Part shown: positions 55,508-58,804 of the stretch, piece after piece | Layout: every line of letters begins with the position of its first letter | Position numbering within the stretch: the stretch's first letter is position 1 | From: Eubacteriaceae bacterium UBA1433 | Lineage (GTDB): Bacteria; Bacillota; Clostridia; Eubacteriales; UBA1433 | DNA: 58,804 bases | Reading direction: 5' to 3' | Assembly: GCA_002329295.1 (NCBI GenBank) | Contig: DCTT01000026.1 | Span: forward strand, 348,054 to 406,857 | Position numbers and translations under genes: made by a program | Notes under the pieces: model-generated | What the model was told of the DNA's origin: nothing | Database searches by the model: none | The model's input: the letters and a program-made list of their open reading frames with translations, nothing else

Positions 55508-57406
55508 ATGGGAACGAGAAAAACAGAGCCGTACGACATTGTGATCATCGGTGCAGGGCATGCAGGGTGTGAGGCGGCGCTTGCCGCAGCGCGAAAGGGA
55601 AAAAATACGCTGTTGTTGACGATGAATTTAGATTCGGTAGCGTTACTACCCTGCAATCCTTCCATTGGCGGAACGGGCAAAGGGCATTTGGTGCGAGAAA
55701 TTGACGCCTTGGGCGGAGAAATGGGCAAAAATATTGATAAAGCCTTTATTCAAAGCAGGATGCTCAACACCGCCAAAGGACATGCCGTGCGTTCGCTTCG
55801 TGCACAGGCGGATAAAAAAAGATATCAGAGCGAAATGAAACAGGTGTTGGAAAATCAGCAAAATCTCACACTGATGCAGCAAGAGGCGGAAAAGTTATTG
55901 GTTGAAGAGGGGATTGTGTGCGGTGTAATAACAAAAACCGGCAGAATTTTCTCGGCAGCAGCGGTGATTGTGGCTTCGGGCACCTATTTAAACGGAAAAA
56001 TCATTATCGGTGAAACGTCTTACACCAGCGGGCCAAACGGCATGAGCGCTTCCGAGAAGTTATCAGAAAACCTGCTGTCTCACGGCTTGCGTCTGATGCG
56101 TCTGAAAACAGGCACGCCCGCTCGCATCAATAAACGCAGCGTGGATTTTTCAAAAATGCAACGCCAGGACGGTGATGAAGTCATCGAACCGTTTTCGTTT
56201 GAAAACGAATTTGATTCCGCTCCGCAAGTGCCTTGTTATTTAACATATACCAACGAAGAGACGAAACGCATTATTCTTGAAAATTTGCACCGTGCGCCAA
56301 TGTACAGCGGTATGATTGAAGGGGTAGGCGTGCGTTATTGCCCCAGCATTGAAGATAAAATCGTTCGCTTTGCGGATAAAGAGAAACACCAGTTGTTTAT
56401 TGAGCCCGAGGGGCTTGACACCAACGAACTTTATGTGCAGGGAATGTCGTCATCGTTGCCTGAAGATGTGCAAGAGGCTATGATGCACACGGTGCCGGGA
56501 TTGGAAAAGGCCGAGATTATGCGCAGCGCCTATGCCATTGAATATGATGCCATTGAAGCGCATCAACTGACCTTGTCTTTGGAAACAAAACAAATCAAAG
56601 GACTGTTTATGGCGGGGCAGATTAACGGCAGCTCCGGCTATGAAGAAGCGGCGGCTCAAGGGCTGATTGCAGGCATCAATGCAGTGAATTTTATGGATGG
56701 GAAAGCGCCGTTAATTTTGGATCGCAGTCAGGCGTATATCGGGGTGCTCATTGATGATTTGGTTACAAAAGGAACGGCGGAGCCTTATCGCATGATGACT
56801 TCGCGAGTGGAATATCGTTTGCTGTTGCGTCAGGACAACGCTGATTTGCGTTTGACGGAAATAGGATATGAACAAGGACTGATCAGTGAAGAAAGATATC
56901 AAAAGTTTTTGCAGAAAAAACAAGAGATTCAACAAGAATTGCAGCGACTGAAAAGCACAAAAATCAGCAAAGAGACGGCAAATGCGTTTTTGCAAACCGT
57001 TTTTTCTTCGCCGGTTTCAGAAAGTATTTCATTATATGAATTGCTAAAAAGGCCGGAGATAACGTATAATGATAGTAGCGTGATTGATCCGAGCAGAAAG
57101 CCTTTGGAAAAAAAGATCACGCAGCAGGTGGAAATATCCATTCAATATGAAGGATACATCAGAAAACAGCAGGAACAAGTAGCGCGGTTTTTAAAGATGG
57201 AAGAAAAAAAGATTGATGAAGATATTGACTATCAGCAAATGAAAAATCTGAGATTGGAAGCCAGAGAAAAATTAAACAAAATTCGTCCGACGTCGTTGGG
57301 ACAAGCCTCACGCATTACAGGGGTATCCCCGGCGGATATATCGGCACTGATGATTTATATGGAAAAAATGAAGCAGCAAAAGTTGCAGGGAGAAAAAAAC
57401 AAATGA
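55508..57406 (+). CDS. mnmG: tRNA U34 modification enzyme MnmG (GidA)
   Basis: [43 protein letters not shown]. Confidence 0.99.
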   Translation: MGTRKTEPYDIVIIGAGHAGCEAALAAARKGKNTLLLTMNLDSVALLPCNPSIGGTGKGHLVREIDALGGEMGKNIDKAFIQSRMLNTAKGHAVRSLRAQADKKRYQSEMKQVLENQQNLTLMQQEAEKLLVEEGIVCGVITKTGRIFSAAAVIVASGTYLNGKIIIGETSYTSGPNGMSASEKLSENLLSHGLRLMRLKTGTPARINKRSVDFSKMQRQDGDEVIEPFSFENEFDSAPQVPCYLTYTNEETKRIILENLHRAPMYSGMIEGVGVRYCPSIEDKIVRFADKEKHQLFIEPEGLDTNELYVQGMSSSLPEDVQEAMMHTVPGLEKAEIMRSAYAIEYDAIEAHQLTLSLETKQIKGLFMAGQINGSSGYEEAAAQGLIAGINAVNFMDGKAPLILDRSQAYIGVLIDDLVTKGTAEPYRMMTSRVEYRLLLRQDNADLRLTEIGYEQGLISEERYQKFLQKKQEIQQELQRLKSTKISKETANAFLQTVFSSPVSESISLYELLKRPEITYNDSSVIDPSRKPLEKKITQQVEISIQYEGYIRKQQEQVARFLKMEEKKIDEDIDYQQMKNLRLEAREKLNKIRPTSLGQASRITGVSPADISALMIYMEKMKQQKLQGEKNK

Positions 57407-58185
57407 ATGGAAAAATAAACAAAACCGAAATGATTCCCGTGGAGTGGATCATTCCCAACAAAAATCAACCTCGAAAACATTTTGACGAAACCAGCCTAAA
57501 CGAGTTGGCTGAATCCATCGCCAAAGTGGGAATCATCCAGCCGCTTACAGTGAAACATGCAGGAAACGGGCGCTTTGACTTAATTGCCGGCGAGCGGCGG
57601 TTGCGGGCGGCACAGCTGGTCGGATTGCGCCGTGTGCCTTGTATCATCTTTGAGGCGAGCGAAGAAGATGCAGCCTTTTTAAGCATGATTGAAAACGTGC
57701 AGCGAGAAGATTTGAATTTTGTTGAAGAAGCGACAGGGTACAAACAGCTGCTTTCAACGTACCGACTCACCCAGGAGCAATTATCGGAAATCATCGGCAA
57801 AAAACAATCGACCATTGCCAACAAATTACGCATTTTAAATTTAAACGAAGACGTGCTGGCTTTGTTGCAGAAAAACAATCTTACAGAGCGGCATGCGCGG
57901 GCATTGTTGAAGCTGCCTGTAAATGAGCGCATGTCTGCAGCAAGAAGAATTGTTCGCCGCGGGCTCAATGTGCGCCAGACCGAAGAAATGATTGATGCGA
58001 TAAACGGTAAAGCCGCCATTAATCCCGCAAAGCGCCGTGTTACCAATATTTTTGATAAACGCATCTATGTCAATACCATTAAAAAAGCCTTTTCGGACAT
58101 CAAGAAAACAGGGGTTCGTGCGCTTTATGCCGAACAGGAAGATGGCGAAAACATCACGATTACCATTGTCATACCGAAAAAATAA
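57403..58185 (+). CDS. noc: Noc-like ParB-family protein
   Basis: [47 protein letters not shown] (Noc-type Q/K/R residues); located after mnmG. Confidence 0.9.
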   Translation: MNGKINKTEMIPVEWIIPNKNQPRKHFDETSLNELAESIAKVGIIQPLTVKHAGNGRFDLIAGERRLRAAQLVGLRRVPCIIFEASEEDAAFLSMIENVQREDLNFVEEATGYKQLLSTYRLTQEQLSEIIGKKQSTIANKLRILNLNEDVLALLQKNNLTERHARALLKLPVNERMSAARRIVRRGLNVRQTEEMIDAINGKAAINPAKRRVTNIFDKRIYVNTIKKAFSDIKKTGVRALYAEQEDGENITITIVIPKK

Positions 58186-58208
58186 CGAAAAAAGAAACCG
58201 ATTCTCTC

Positions 58209-58237
58209 TTGACAGAAAAGAAAGAATCGTTGATAAT
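58209..58237 (+). promoter_or_regulatory. sigma-A promoter of ileS
   Basis: TTGACA-N17-GATAAT. Confidence 0.75.
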
Positions 58238-58254
58238 AGAGCACATGTTCATAA

Positions 58255-58481
58255 GGCAATGACAAAGACGGGCAAAGACAAAGCATGACAGAGAAGCGGG
58301 GACAGGTGCAATCCGCCCATGAGTTGCTTTGCCGGATCACTTTGGAGCCTGGCGCCTGATTTTCAACAAGGCGCTGCGCTTGTCAGCGTTAAAACAGTCA
58401 AGTGGGTCTGGCGATTGCCAAGACCAATTTGGGTGGTACCGCGGAATATTCTCCGTCCCTTTCAGGGGCGGCTATTTTTTT
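58255..58481 (+). promoter_or_regulatory. Ile T-box riboswitch
   Basis: AGAGA..GGTGCAA stem-I motifs, AUC specifier at 58336-58338, T-box AATTTGGGTGGTACCGCG at 58426-58443, terminator ccgtccct/aggggcgg plus U-tract. Confidence 0.92.
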
Positions 58482-58512
58482 GAAAGAAAACGAACATAAA
58501 CAGGAGGCAAAT

Positions 58513-58804
58513 ATGGCGTTTGAAACATTAAATAATGACAATATCAAGCAAAATGAAGCGGCATTGGCAAAATATTGGGAAGAGATTGATATTTTAAAAA
58601 AGAGCATCGAAAACAGAGAAGGATGCAAAAACTACGTGTTTTATGACGGACCGCCGACAGCGAACGGCAATCCGGGTATTCATCACGTCATTTCACGAAC
58701 CATTAAAGACGGTATTTGTAAATATCATGTGATGAAAGGTGAGCGCGTCATTCGAAAGGCGGGATGGGATACCCATGGTTTGCCTGTGGAAATCGAAGTG
58801 GAAA
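58513..58804 (+). CDS. ileS: Isoleucyl-tRNA synthetase type 2, 5' part (runs off right edge)
   Basis: Hand translation: YVFYDGPPTANGNPGIHHV..RTIKD..RKAGWDTHGLPVE; AGGAGG RBS; preceded by an Ile T-box. Confidence 0.96.
   Translation, partial: MAFETLNNDNIKQNEAALAKYWEEIDILKKSIENREGCKNYVFYDGPPTANGNPGIHHVISRTIKDGICKYHVMKGERVIRKAGWDTHGLPVEIEVE

Overview
This is the replication-origin region of a Clostridia-type Firmicute chromosome. Almost all of it is housekeeping DNA, and I found no intact mobile element, CRISPR array, rRNA or tRNA. Left arm (mostly minus strand): rpoB 5' part, pyrG, split transketolase, alr, nnrDE, patatin, AI-2E transporter, lspA, ispE, addAB, U32 hydroxylase, LCP, nfo/ung, MATE, rlmH. 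Middle (plus strand): two parS sites, parA, parB, an acidic membrane ORFan, cvpA, DUF951, rpsF-ssb-rpsR, a GNAT pseudogene, rplI, dnaB, purA, rsmI. Then gyrA-gyrB-recF-dnaN-dnaA with a bipartite oriC (DnaA boxes and DnaA-trios), and rpmH-rnpA-yidD-yidC-jag, an inserted ADP-forming acyl-CoA synthetase, mnmE-mnmG-noc, an Ile T-box and the start of ileS. The ORF track misses rpoB, rpmH and ileS, so I translated those by hand. Most notable points: (1) a Noc-like ParB paralog has Noc-type DNA-specificity residues but lacks the N-terminal membrane helix, and four NBS-like palindromes lie in the window; (2) the parS-parAB...rpsF...purA block sits on the other side of oriC, head-on to the fork, with a TM-plus-acidic-tail ORFan behind parB; (3) RpoB carries H526N and IleRS2 carries a GIHH motif, both linked to antibiotic resistance, and rsmG is missing from its usual site; (4) a possible vestige of a phage replication gene/origin lies downstream of gyrA. 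Family assignments come from motif recognition, not database searches.
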